Assembly: GCA_965215015.1 (NCBI GenBank)
Contig: OZ244042.1
Span: 704,001-768,000, forward strand
From: Candidatus Poribacteria bacterium
GTDB lineage: Bacteria > Poribacteria > WGA-4E > PCPOR2b
Reading direction: 5' to 3'
DNA: 64,000 bases
Part shown: positions 30,177 to 40,369 of the stretch, piece by piece
Position numbering within the stretch: position 1 is the first letter of the stretch
Layout of the letters: each line of letters opens with the position of its first letter
Made by a program: the position numbers and the translations under genes
The notes under the pieces: generated by a model
Told to the model about the DNA's origin: nothing
Databases searched by the model: none
What the model saw: only the letters and a program-made list of their open reading frames with translations

Positions 30177-31475
30177 GTGTTAGATCTCAAATTCATCCGC
30201 CAAAACCCCGATGCGGTTCGAGCGATGCTAGCCGCTCGTCGGATGACAGCACCGTTGGAGGAACTTATTGAGGTAGACAGCAAATGGCGTGAATCATTGG
30301 GGGAGACAGAATCACTCAGAAGTCATCAGAACAGGGTCTCAAAAGAAATTGCACAACTCAAGAGAAACAAGCAGGATGCCTCCGAGCAGATTGCCAAGAT
30401 GAAAACGGTGTCTCAGAAGATTAAGACGTTGAACGATCAATCACAGTGTTATAAAAGTGAGGTCGATAAGATTTTAATGCTCATCCCAAACATGCCGGAT
30501 GCCAGCACACCGATTGGAAATAGCGAGGCAGATAATATCGAGATTAAGCACTGGGGAGAAATCCGAAACTTCGATTTTGAGCCGAAGCCGCACTGGGAAC
30601 TTGCGGAGGCGTTGGACATCGTTGATTTTCAGCGGGGAGCGAAGGTCGCCGGCAGCAACTTTGTGTTATACAAAGGGTTAGGGGCGAAATTGGAACGTGC
30701 GCTGATCAATTTTATGCTGGATTTGCATGTCTCTCAACACGGGTACACAGAGGTCTCCCCGCCTTTTGTCGCTAACCGTCTAACGATGACGGGCACAGGC
30801 CAGTTGCCCAAATTTGAGTCAGATATGTATCGGTGCGATCGTGACCGAGAGAATGAGGAGACGGATCTCTTTCTCATCCCAACCGCAGAGGTGCCGGTCA
30901 CTAATATTTTCGCTGGGGAGATTTTGAACGGCGAGGAGCTGCCGATCTACTATACCGCATACACTCCCTGTTTCCGACGAGAGGCGGGTTCTTACGGTCG
31001 GGAAACCCGCGGATTGCAACGTCTCCACCAGTTTGATAAGGTCGAAATGGTGAAATTAACCCTTCCGGAGACCTCTTACGACGAACACGAATCGTTGCTG
31101 CGTGATGCCGAGGAGGTTTTGCAAGCCTTCAAACTTCCCTACCGAGTCATTCAACATTGCACAGTTGATCTCTCATTCTCAGCAGCGAAGTGTTATGACA
31201 TCGAGCTTTGGGCACCAGTTGACGCAAAGTTTAACCTGGAAATTTCTTCGTGCAGTAATTTTGAGGATTTTCAGGCGCGTCGTGCGAATATCCGTTTCCG
31301 TCGTGAACCGGGCGCGAAACCTGAATTGGTGCATACCCTCAACGCCTCCGGGACAGCACTGCCACGATTGGTCATTGCAATCCTCGAAACGTATCAGCAG
31401 GAGGATGGGAGCATTCGGATTCCAGAGGCTCTCATACCTTACATGGGTGGGGTTGAGACGCTTGAATTGACGTGA
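30177..31475 (+). CDS. serS: Serine--tRNA ligase
   Basis: MLDLKFIR, GQLPKF, PTAEVP, FRREAG, HQFDKVE, EISSCSN and HTLNASG motifs. Confidence 0.98.
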   Translation: MLDLKFIRQNPDAVRAMLAARRMTAPLEELIEVDSKWRESLGETESLRSHQNRVSKEIAQLKRNKQDASEQIAKMKTVSQKIKTLNDQSQCYKSEVDKILMLIPNMPDASTPIGNSEADNIEIKHWGEIRNFDFEPKPHWELAEALDIVDFQRGAKVAGSNFVLYKGLGAKLERALINFMLDLHVSQHGYTEVSPPFVANRLTMTGTGQLPKFESDMYRCDRDRENEETDLFLIPTAEVPVTNIFAGEILNGEELPIYYTAYTPCFRREAGSYGRETRGLQRLHQFDKVEMVKLTLPETSYDEHESLLRDAEEVLQAFKLPYRVIQHCTVDLSFSAAKCYDIELWAPVDAKFNLEISSCSNFEDFQARRANIRFRREPGAKPELVHTLNASGTALPRLVIAILETYQQEDGSIRIPEALIPYMGGVETLELT

Positions 31476-31838
31476 TACGTGAAACGTTGACCTCGTGGAA
31501 GAAAGGCAGAAGAAATTCAAGGTGTAAGTGGAGATCAAGCAGGACAACCCCACATTTCAATATGGGTGCTACTGGAAATCAAAAAACGTATATGAGAGAC
31601 AATATATGCTCAAGCCAGACGAGATTACGGGCGCGATTGAATCAATAAGCGGATCTGTCGCTTGGTAATCTCCTGTAACCGGTGCTCCCATTCCTTCCGT
31701 TCTGCCTCCAGTTCTGGGAGGTGTGAAGGTCTGTTCCTTTCTGTTGTTACCGTTCACTGTAGCGGTGCACCGTTGTTAGGCGGTTCAACCCTGTGAGTTA
31801 TAGGAGTGCGTTACATCCGAAAAAAGAAGGAGAATACA

Positions 31839-32672
31839 ATGAATGACAAAGGCTATGCTCATCCACAATTGCTGATTTCCGTTGAAGAGTTGATGAGCAG
31901 ACTCGACGACGGTTCAATCTGCCTTGTGGATGTTCGACCGACGCATGAATATGTCGAGGGACATATCCCCGGTGCTATCCATCTCGATCTATTCGCAATC
32001 AGCCTCAGCGACACGAGCGAACAGACGTTCAACGCGTTTATGTGGACGATTGCTTATCTCTTTAAGGATCGCGGGATTGACCCGACCAAGACAATCGTAT
32101 GGTACGAAAACGAATCTGGCGTTAAGGCAGCGCGCGGATTCTGGTTCTGTGAGTATCTGGGGCATGAAGATGTGCGAGTGTTGGATGGTGGACTCAGTGC
32201 TTGGTCTGCCGCTGGTGGGGAAGTGAGCACCGAAGCCGTAGCACCAGAGGAGGTCCCACAATTTTCGACCAACTCAAAACCAGATGCCCACATGGATGCA
32301 GAGACCATCCACGGGTTACTTGATGCCGGTGACTTTGCTGTCCTCGATACGCGTGCCGCTGCCGAACATTACGGCGATGTCGCGCGTTCTGCCCGGGGGG
32401 GTGCCATCCCCGGTTCCGTCCATATCGAATGGCTCAACAATCTGGACGAGAATGGCAAGTTCAGGGCTGCTGCTGAACTTCGTGCGCTCTATGAATCTGC
32501 GGGCATTACACCGGAGAAGCGTGTCATGTCCTACTGACAGGGCGGATACCGCTCCTCCCACAGCTATTTGGCGTTGCGGCTTTTGGGCTACCAGAAAGTC
32601 AGTAACTACATTGGTTCGTGGAAAGAGTGGGGAGATCGGCTGGATCTGCCGATCGAGATACCAGAAGCGTGA
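31839..32672 (+). CDS. Tandem-rhodanese sulfurtransferase (SseA/CysA-like), probable selenoprotein with TGA at 32535-32537
   Basis: GHIPGA and GAIPGS motifs. Reading through the TGA gives [37 protein letters not shown], so the TGA occupies the catalytic Cys position. Confidence 0.85.
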
Positions 32673-32701
32673 AATCGAAAACAAGCTACCCCTTGTTTGT
32701 C

Positions 32702-33892
32702 TTATGCCAACGCCTGATCAAGGTCTGCGATAATATCTTCCACTTCCTCCAAACCGACAGAAACCCTTACCAAACCATCCGTGATTTGGGCACGTCTCCG
32801 TGCTTCTGGGGAAACCTGCGAGTGCGTCGTCGAAGCGGAGTGACAGATTAACGTCCGTACGTCACCCAAGCTGACTGCAAGCGCGCACAGTTCAACTCGA
32901 TTCACCAATTTCTCTCCCGCCGATACACCGCCTTTGAGTTCAAAAGCGATCATCCCGCCGAAATCGTTCATCTGCTGTTTGGCAAGCGCATGCTGTGGGT
33001 GACTTGGCAGACCGGGGTAATGCACCCGTTCAATAGCCGAATGATTTTCTAGAAATTCCGCGAGCGTGCGGGCGTTGGCACAGTGGCACTCAAAGCGCAG
33101 CGGCAACGTGGCAATCCCGTGCAGCGTCAGCCATGCGTTGAACGGGCTAATGACACCCCCGAAGTGTCGTAAGGGACCTTTCCTTGCGCGATCGATAAAC
33201 TCCTTTGATCCAACAATCACGCCGGCAACCACCGTCCCATTTCCGCTGAGATACTTGGTCATACTGTGGACGACAATATCAATACCAAGAGAGATTGGCT
33301 GCTGTCCGCACGGCGTGGCAAAGGTGTTATCGAAAACTGACGTAACTCCGTGCGTACTTGCAATCTCCGCACAAGCAGCGATGTCAACCAGCTTTAGCGT
33401 TGGATTGACAGGACTTTCAAGATAGAGAGCTTTCGTATTCGGTTGGATTGCTCGCTCGACTGCGTTGGGATCGGTTGCATCCACAAATGTGATTTCAACA
33501 CCCATGCGGCGAAGTTCTTCGTCCAGGATATTGTATGAGCCAGAATAAAGAGAGTCCATCGCCACAACATGGTCTCCGTGAGCAAGTAGTGTCAACAGTG
33601 CCGTGCTCACAGCTGCCATGCCCGACGCTGTTGCGAGCGCGGCTTCACCACATTCCAATACGGCAATTTTACTTTCGAGCACAGATTGCGTCGGATTACC
33701 CCATCGTGTATAAACATAGCCCGAATCCTCGTCGGTGAACGCAGTGACACACTCCGCCGCTGTCTCAAACTGGAAGGTGCTGTTCTGGTAGATGGGTGGA
33801 CTGAGGGGCCCCGTTTTGGGAAGGGATTCTTCGCCGGCGTGGATAGCTTTGGTTGACCAGCCGGCAGATCTGGATTTGGTTGTCATAATCAT
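32702..33892 (-). CDS. PLP-dependent trans-sulfuration enzyme (methionine gamma-lyase / cystathionine gamma-lyase family)
   Basis: YTRWGNPT, ASGMAA, ESPVNP, DNTFATP, HSMTKY and AVSLG motifs. Confidence 0.9.
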   Translation of the reverse strand: MIMTTKSRSAGWSTKAIHAGEESLPKTGPLSPPIYQNSTFQFETAAECVTAFTDEDSGYVYTRWGNPTQSVLESKIAVLECGEAALATASGMAAVSTALLTLLAHGDHVVAMDSLYSGSYNILDEELRRMGVEITFVDATDPNAVERAIQPNTKALYLESPVNPTLKLVDIAACAEIASTHGVTSVFDNTFATPCGQQPISLGIDIVVHSMTKYLSGNGTVVAGVIVGSKEFIDRARKGPLRHFGGVISPFNAWLTLHGIATLPLRFECHCANARTLAEFLENHSAIERVHYPGLPSHPQHALAKQQMNDFGGMIAFELKGGVSAGEKLVNRVELCALAVSLGDVRTLICHSASTTHSQVSPEARRRAQITDGLVRVSVGLEEVEDIIADLDQALA

Positions 33893-33922
33893 TAATCCAT
33901 TAGTTATTCTTAACTGAAGTTT

Positions 33923-34282
33923 CTAGATTCTGTTGACACTTGACAAATTGAGCCAATCTCCGTTCCGAGAGTCTTAGATCTGATACACTGGAGACGACTT
34001 GGGACCGTCGTAGGGCTAACTCTTGTGGTTACCCTGTGGTCTGGAGGTTGTCTGCATCTTGGGCAGGCACAAGGGTTGCGCCTACACCGAGCTGTAAGTC
34101 AATTTTCCAAAATGGACAATACCGAGAACATAGCACGATAGAATACCAGATGCTGTTGCGCCCCATTGGTTCGATCCACCCGGAACATTGCGCTAGAGTC
34201 CGGGTGTTTTGTCGAGATATGAATCTCGACCGACAAGGCTTCGGGGGTTCAACTGCGTAAGTCCTATGATTAGCAACTGGGG
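33923..34282. repeat. Intergenic composite of MITE ends and REP-like hairpins
   Basis: Contains ctagattctgttgaca, a gtagggctaactcttgtggttaccct hairpin, a gtcgagatatgaatctcgac hairpin and a ctgcgtaagtccta end. Confidence 0.55.
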
Positions 34283-34288
34283 CTACTC

Positions 34289-35608
34289 TTATAATTTCTC
34301 CAAAACTTGTTCTGTAATCTCTATGGTGTGTTCGATGTCCGCCTCTGTGTGGGCAAAGGAGATACTCCCCTGTTTGGTGGGAAGTGGGAAATGAAAGATG
34401 CCCCTTTCAATTAAGAGTGTCCTGTATTTTTTATCGAGGTCCATATCGTGGGATTGTGCAATTTGCAGCCAATTGGTCGGCGTCTTGTCCATAAAATAAA
34501 CGACAAAGGCTGATCCTTGTCGAGCGACTATTGAGGGGAAATCTTTCTGAGACAGCAGGGTATTTAAGCCGTTCTCCATCATCTGGCCGAGGTGTTCCAG
34601 ATGACCATAAATCTCGCTTTCCTGCGCCTTCAATTTCTTTAAGGTTGCAATTGCCGCTGCCGTTGGGACAGGATGGGCACTATAGGTACCTGCGATTAAC
34701 ACCTTCTTTTCTGGCTGCGGGTGATTGAAATACTCCATATACTCCCGCTTTCCCCCGACGACGCCGAGCGGATAGCCGTTGGCAACCGCCTTTCCGAACA
34801 CCGACAAATCTGGCTGCACTCCACATATCGCCTGATAACCGCTCAAGGCGTGCCGAAAGCCTGTTTTTACCTCGTCGAAAATTAATAAGGAACCGTGTTG
34901 ATCGCACAGGGTTCGCAGTCCCCCTAGGTATCCAGCGTTAGGCTTGACCACACCGATGTTTTGTAGAATCGGTTCAAGGATAATACAAGCGATATTCTCG
35001 GTTTTTATCAGGTTTTCTACGGCGTCCAAGTCGTTGAACTGTACGACATGGACATGCTGAGAAGCGGACGCCGGCATACCGGCTGTAATCGGATAGAGCG
35101 GCAATTCCTTACCCTGCTGATAGCCTGCGATTCTCTCATGAGAATCCATCAAATTAAAAGCGACATCGTTATGCCAGCCGTTGTACCCGCCCTGCATGAT
35201 AATCACTTCGTCGCGCCCGGTGACCGCCCGAGCAACCCGCACTGCGAAAAAGGTCGCCTCTGATCCCGTATTGGTGATCTGTACTTGGTCTAGGGTGGGG
35301 ATACATTCTACCAGCAGATTCGCCACCTCCCCTTCCCAAGGGGTCGTTCCCGCACCTATCAGGGATTTGCTCTCCTTTATGGCTTGAATCACCGCCCCAT
35401 CAACATCCGGATCACTGTGGCCAAGCAGATAGGGCGAGAAGGCAGCGTGATAATCGATGTACTGCTTTCCACCGCCATCCCAGAGATAGGCACCCTCTGC
35501 TTTCACAAAAACGCGCATCGGATCGATCACTCGATTCAGTGAAACGACGCCACCGGGTATCACTTTTTTGTGTTGTTCCCAGACTGCTGCTATGTCTTTC
35601 TGTGTCAT
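34289..35608 (-). CDS. Class III aminotransferase (glutamate-1-semialdehyde aminomutase-like)
   Basis: IPGGV, TGSEAT, GGYNGW, FDEVKTGFR and FGKAVANGYP motifs. Confidence 0.85.
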   Translation of the reverse strand: MTQKDIAAVWEQHKKVIPGGVVSLNRVIDPMRVFVKAEGAYLWDGGGKQYIDYHAAFSPYLLGHSDPDVDGAVIQAIKESKSLIGAGTTPWEGEVANLLVECIPTLDQVQITNTGSEATFFAVRVARAVTGRDEVIIMQGGYNGWHNDVAFNLMDSHERIAGYQQGKELPLYPITAGMPASASQHVHVVQFNDLDAVENLIKTENIACIILEPILQNIGVVKPNAGYLGGLRTLCDQHGSLLIFDEVKTGFRHALSGYQAICGVQPDLSVFGKAVANGYPLGVVGGKREYMEYFNHPQPEKKVLIAGTYSAHPVPTAAAIATLKKLKAQESEIYGHLEHLGQMMENGLNTLLSQKDFPSIVARQGSAFVVYFMDKTPTNWLQIAQSHDMDLDKKYRTLLIERGIFHFPLPTKQGSISFAHTEADIEHTIEITEQVLEKL

Positions 35609-35830
35609 CGTCTTTTCTCTTTTGGATATATTATCTAAACTCTACTCTGTACACCTGTCGGCCCGATCGGGCACTAGCTTCGCTATACACATTGCGCTCC
35701 TCCCCGATAAATTAGGATTCAAAACTGGAGCGCAGAGATCAGAGGGATCGGCATTCTATAGATATATCGCTCCGCTGGAGCGAAAGAGGAACACTCAATT
35801 TTCACAGAAAACCGATGGATTTTTCAATAG

Positions 35831-35993
35831 CTAGGTTCTGTTGACATTTGGAAACCGTCTGTCTATTTTCCAAAATCGACCATACCTAGGCAATAGTGTT
35901 TGGTCGAGATATGAATCTCGACCGACAGGCACCCTGCCAACTTCGTTCCGAGGGACTCCGACCTACGTACTGTCAAATATTAAAGCGTCTTAG
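35831..35993. mobile_element. MITE-like element, same family as 14279..14517
   Basis: ctaggttctgttgacatttgg ... acctacgtactgtcaaatattaaagcgtcttag, with an internal gtcgagatatgaatctcgac hairpin. Confidence 0.6.
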
Positions 35994-36016
35994 CAACTTG
36001 GGTTATCTTATCTGAA

Positions 36017-36859
36017 CTACTGCTCCCTTTCATAGATTTGCGTTGGATCGATTACCGATTTCTCGTTATGCAGCTCTTCGGTCAGGATACCGGCTTGGAG
36101 TTGTGTTAAGCCATTACCGGTCATAACGAACAGGAGCGGATCCTTCCGGTATTCAGCGAGACCCACCTCAAGCGCATTGCGCGCCCGAAAGCGTCGCGCC
36201 ACGGCGTTACCTACCCTACCGACTTGAGCGAGCTTGCGTTTCTCTAGTATTGCTCCAAGTTTGTTGAAGTCGTTACCCACAAACCCCGGCTTGGGACTGT
36301 AGCCGAACATGGGGAGCGGTCGTTTTCGCCCATCTGGCTCTTGAACTCTGGCCTCGACTTCCCGCCACCGCCGGTAGCGCACTTGCACAAGCTGCTCAAT
36401 AACGTGAAAGAAGGTACAGCGGAGATAGGGAACACCTAGCATTAAGATGTGCCCATCCAGCTCATAGAGTTTCCAGAAGGGACCGTCGGCTGCCCAAGCG
36501 GAGGGTCCATGGACGGCGGTGATACTTTCCGCGTGGGCCCCCAAAGCAGCGACAGAGTGCAGCAGGTGATGGCTCCGCCGTGCCCCGGGGCGCGTCCGAG
36601 CCACCTCTGAGATACGTCCCATTTCCGACGCATCCCGAATAGGGTCAAACACCGGATTGAGTTTTCCGCCGTGGGAGAAGGTGAAGGTCGGCACGACGAG
36701 TGTACCCGTTGAACCGAGCACATCCAAGAATGCGTCAACCACAGCGTCCGCGCCACCTTCGACGTAGCCAATACTGCTCAACGAGCTGTGTACAAAGACA
36801 ATATGACCGGTCTGTACGCCTAGCGTTTGTAGTGCTTCAGTAATCTGTTCCTGTCTCAC
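36017..36859 (-). CDS. AAC(3)-family N-acetyltransferase
   Basis: VHSSLSSIG.V.GG, GTLVVPTF, MGRISE, RS.H and TFFH motifs. Confidence 0.85.
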   Translation of the reverse strand: MRQEQITEALQTLGVQTGHIVFVHSSLSSIGYVEGGADAVVDAFLDVLGSTGTLVVPTFTFSHGGKLNPVFDPIRDASEMGRISEVARTRPGARRSHHLLHSVAALGAHAESITAVHGPSAWAADGPFWKLYELDGHILMLGVPYLRCTFFHVIEQLVQVRYRRWREVEARVQEPDGRKRPLPMFGYSPKPGFVGNDFNKLGAILEKRKLAQVGRVGNAVARRFRARNALEVGLAEYRKDPLLFVMTGNGLTQLQAGILTEELHNEKSVIDPTQIYEREQ

Positions 36860-36862
36860 TGT

Positions 36863-38119
36863 TTATCCTAGCACCGCGTCCACTTTATTAATCGCCGCAG
36901 CCATCAATCGGGCGTGGTCTTCCTGCATATTGACATTGAAACCGAACCGTAAGGCTCTACCCAGAATTGACAGGGTCTGCGGGCACATATCCCGTGAATA
37001 TTCAACGCTCCCCTTGTAGGCAGGATCTTTCCACGGATAGCCCGATGGGTGGTGGGAATGCTTAAATAAGATTGAATCCCAGTAATAGTAGATGTGGCGG
37101 TCTGGAAATCCTTCGTTGTATGCTGTGCCTGCGCCCAGTCCTTCTGCCTGGAGTGCCTCGACATATTTCGGGGCGAGTTCCGAATCTTTAACGATGATTG
37201 CTGCGCTGATGCCGCATTCACCTTCGGGATCATCGACATGCTGTGGGATATACCCTTTCGGCTCGTCCAACTCCGCAAGGAACGCCTTTTTTAATCGACG
37301 GGTATGGCTCAAGATGTCCTCAAGTTTGGAAAGTTGCACTCGCGCAATTGACCCCATAATTTCACTTGGACGGTATCCCTGACGTGAAAAAGGTGGATTT
37401 TGCCACTCCTTATCGCTCATCCACATCGGCATCGCGGCATCGCTGGCGAACGCGGTGCGTTCATAGATGTCATAGTCATCCGTAAAGACCATGCCTCCTT
37501 CACCGCAGCTAATTACTTTGAAATAGTTTAGACTCCACGCCCCGGCTTCGCCCCACGTTCCGGTATATGCGCCTTTATATCGCCCACCAACGCACTGACA
37601 ACAATCTTCGACCATTTTGAGGTCATGCCGCTGGGCAATCGCGATGAGATTATCAAGACGACACGGCACCCCTTGCATGTGGACAGGAAGGATTGCCTTT
37701 GTATGTGGGGTAATCTTCCGTTCAACATCGGCGGGGTCCATGCCGAGCGATTCGTCAATTTCAGCGATCACCGGGATAGCACCCACACCAACGACCGCTG
37801 CCGCTGTCGCAATAAAGGTATAGCCCGGCAGAATCACTTCGTCGCCGGGACCGACGCCAATTCCTGTCAGCGCACAGATTATCGCACTCGTACCAGAATT
37901 GACCATCAGTGCGTGATTCACACCGATCAGTGCCGCGGCTTCCTTTTCAAACGCAGCCACGTGAGAATCCTCAACAAACCGGAACAGTCTGCCACTCCGT
38001 AACACCTCGGTGACTGCGTTGATTTCTCGTTCATCGATAGCACTTGGACCATGTACACCGCTGGGAATCGGCTCCGCAATAACCGGGGGTCCCCCATCAA
38101 TAGCCAATCGATCTGCCAT
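36863..38119 (-). CDS. DegT/DnrJ/EryC1/StrS aminotransferase
   Basis: PVHMQG, EDCCQ and SLNYFKVISCGEGG motifs. Confidence 0.85.
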   Translation of the reverse strand: MADRLAIDGGPPVIAEPIPSGVHGPSAIDEREINAVTEVLRSGRLFRFVEDSHVAAFEKEAAALIGVNHALMVNSGTSAIICALTGIGVGPGDEVILPGYTFIATAAAVVGVGAIPVIAEIDESLGMDPADVERKITPHTKAILPVHMQGVPCRLDNLIAIAQRHDLKMVEDCCQCVGGRYKGAYTGTWGEAGAWSLNYFKVISCGEGGMVFTDDYDIYERTAFASDAAMPMWMSDKEWQNPPFSRQGYRPSEIMGSIARVQLSKLEDILSHTRRLKKAFLAELDEPKGYIPQHVDDPEGECGISAAIIVKDSELAPKYVEALQAEGLGAGTAYNEGFPDRHIYYYWDSILFKHSHHPSGYPWKDPAYKGSVEYSRDMCPQTLSILGRALRFGFNVNMQEDHARLMAAAINKVDAVLG

Positions 38120-38301
38120 TTTTTCCCTCCAAGCCTTCGTTTGTGATATATGTTATCTCCCCTGATTGAGGCATGAAAACTATATCACAGCGCATAATCT
38201 CTGTCAACGGTTGTTTTTCATGGCAACCGTATCGCAGAAAGCAAACTTGACATTTTTTATATCCTAGCATATCCTATAGCTATCTCATTCTTTGGAAAGT
38301 T

Positions 38302-38584
38302 ATGATTAGTGCTATGCAGATTTCACAGGTTTCTATTGAACAGGCAATCAAAACCGTCGTTGTTGATGTGAGTCCGTCAATTGTTGCGGCATATCTTTTC
38401 GGATCGTACGCGACAGGGAGGGTTAGGACAGAAAGCGATGTGGATGTGGCACTTCTGTTGGGTGAGGTGGATGCGTCGAACTAGCCCTAGAGTTCTATAT
38501 ACGGTTTACGATGCCATCCATAACGATCTCGGGGATGTTGGCGATTTCTGCGCCGAGATTGCGAACTATCTTGATTCGCCGTAG
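38302..38584 (+). pseudogene. Internally deleted MNT-HEPN toxin-antitoxin remnant
   Basis: YLFGSYATG..ESDVDV (GSx10DxD) ends at a stop, followed directly by a DUF86-like C-terminal helix VYDAIHNDLGDVGDFCAEIANYL that lacks RxxxxH. Confidence 0.6.
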
Positions 38585-38703
38585 GGACAACCCTTGTGGT
38601 TGCCCTTTTGGGCAGGCACGAGATTTACCCCCTACAAGGCAATAAAATCTTCCGAAGATTTGGCAGCTTTGGAAGGTGAGTGTCGATTGGGGAGGATTAA
38701 TTT

Positions 38704-39459
38704 ATGCCGAATTTGCGTTTTGCAGCACCTAAAGAAAAACGGGTGGCAGTCATTACTGGCGGGGCTCGAGGTATCGGCGGTGCGAGTGCCATTCGGCTCG
38801 CAGAGGAGGGGCGGGATATTGTCATCGCGGATATCCTCGAAGAGGAAGCCGCCGATGTGGTCAAAGAGATTGAACAGATCGGGCAGCGCGCGCTATTTAT
38901 AAAAACAGACGTGACTGATTTCGATGCCGTTCAATTGACCGCCAATCAAACGGTTGAAACCTTCGGACGCCTGGACATTCTTGTCTGCTGCGCTGGAATT
39001 TTGGGGCTAGAGGCACCGTTCCATGAACAATCTGTCGAGCAATTCGATAAAGTCATGCGGATTAACATCTATGGCATTTACCACGCACATCAGGCAGCCA
39101 TCCCTCACATGTTGGCGCGAAGTTGGGGACGGTGTGTGACAATCTCCTCTGGAGCGCGTCGCGGCTCAACGAATCAGGTGCCGTATGGTGTCTCAAAGGG
39201 AGCTGTCTATTCGTTTATCGGGGCACTGGGCAATGCGTATCCCAAACAGGGGGTATTTGTAAATGGTGTGGAACCGGGCCGCGCGCTTACGGAGATGGTG
39301 GTCCCGCGTTTTTCCGCTGAACATCTTGCTGATCCGGGAACGCCGATCGGACGCTACTCAGACGCAGAAGAGTTGGCGGAAGTTATCGAGTTTCTCTGCT
39401 CGGAGCGCAATACTTATGTCACCGGTGCTGTCTGGAGCGTGAAGGGTGGAACAGGATAG
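38704..39459 (+). CDS. Short-chain dehydrogenase/reductase
   Basis: TGGARGIG and YGVSK motifs. Confidence 0.9.
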   Translation: MPNLRFAAPKEKRVAVITGGARGIGGASAIRLAEEGRDIVIADILEEEAADVVKEIEQIGQRALFIKTDVTDFDAVQLTANQTVETFGRLDILVCCAGILGLEAPFHEQSVEQFDKVMRINIYGIYHAHQAAIPHMLARSWGRCVTISSGARRGSTNQVPYGVSKGAVYSFIGALGNAYPKQGVFVNGVEPGRALTEMVVPRFSAEHLADPGTPIGRYSDAEELAEVIEFLCSERNTYVTGAVWSVKGGTG

Positions 39460-39510
39460 TGATTGAGCTGCGGGATTAACAATCAGTAACATAAGGAGGA
39501 ACAAGCCGCA

Positions 39511-40320
39511 ATGCGCGATAAACTTACAGAAAAACAGATTGAATTCTACCGGACCAACGGCTTTTTGGTCATTGAGAATTTCCTTGATGCCAATGAGTTG
39601 GAGGAGTGGCGTCGATGCACCGAGGAATCCGTTGCGGAGCGTCTGGGGGGTGCGGTGGATTTTTTGACAAATCAGATGGATCCAAACGCTTTTTACGCGA
39701 GAGTCTTCACTCAGTGCTTGCGGCTTGCCGATACGCACGAAGGCATGCATAAACTCATCCGTGATCCGCGAATCGGACGGATGGCTACCACATTGGCAGG
39801 TGTAGAAGGCATCCGGATCTGGCATGACCAAGCGTTGATTAAGCCGCCCCACGGGAATCCGACGGCTTGGCATTTGGACGTACCCTATTGGTCATTTGAC
39901 TCCCGCGATGCCCTATCTTTGTGGATGGCATTAGATGATATAACGCTTGCCAATGGATGCCTCTGGTATTTGCCCGGTGTACATCGGGTTGCACGATTTG
40001 AGAATGTCGGGATTGGAGAGAACTTGGGGGGATTGTTCAAAGTATATCCCGAATGGCGAGAGATTGAACCCCAGGCGTGCCCATGCCCCGCTGGATCGGT
40101 TGTCTGGCATAATGGTCTCACTGCCCATGCCGCCGGTGCAAATATGACAATTCGACCGCGCCGTGCGATGACGTGCGCCTTTATGCCTGACGGTTCAAGG
40201 TTTAATGGCAAGCAGAATATCCTGCCAGATGACCATTTTAATTCTCTAACGATTGGTGATTTACTAGACGACCCACAGCAAAACGAACTTATCTGGCATA
40301 ATTCATGGGCAGCCCAGTAA
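39511..40320 (+). CDS. Phytanoyl-CoA dioxygenase (PhyH) family protein
   Basis: WHLD, NGCL and HAAGAN..R motifs. Confidence 0.9.
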   Translation: MRDKLTEKQIEFYRTNGFLVIENFLDANELEEWRRCTEESVAERLGGAVDFLTNQMDPNAFYARVFTQCLRLADTHEGMHKLIRDPRIGRMATTLAGVEGIRIWHDQALIKPPHGNPTAWHLDVPYWSFDSRDALSLWMALDDITLANGCLWYLPGVHRVARFENVGIGENLGGLFKVYPEWREIEPQACPCPAGSVVWHNGLTAHAAGANMTIRPRRAMTCAFMPDGSRFNGKQNILPDDHFNSLTIGDLLDDPQQNELIWHNSWAAQ

Positions 40321-40369
40321 AATGTGAAACGTGATGCAAACCGCTCTGATTTACATTTGCGCGATGCGA

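Noticed and set aside
31600-31670. Possible GxxExxY-protein N-terminal fragment (MLKPDEITGAI)
   Set aside because: Too short and lacks the GxxExxY motif; the similarity could be chance.
32284-32733. Alternative-frame ORF as a frameshifted rhodanese C-terminus
   Set aside because: The conserved C-terminus is in the same frame as the N-terminus, beyond the TGA, so no frameshift is needed.
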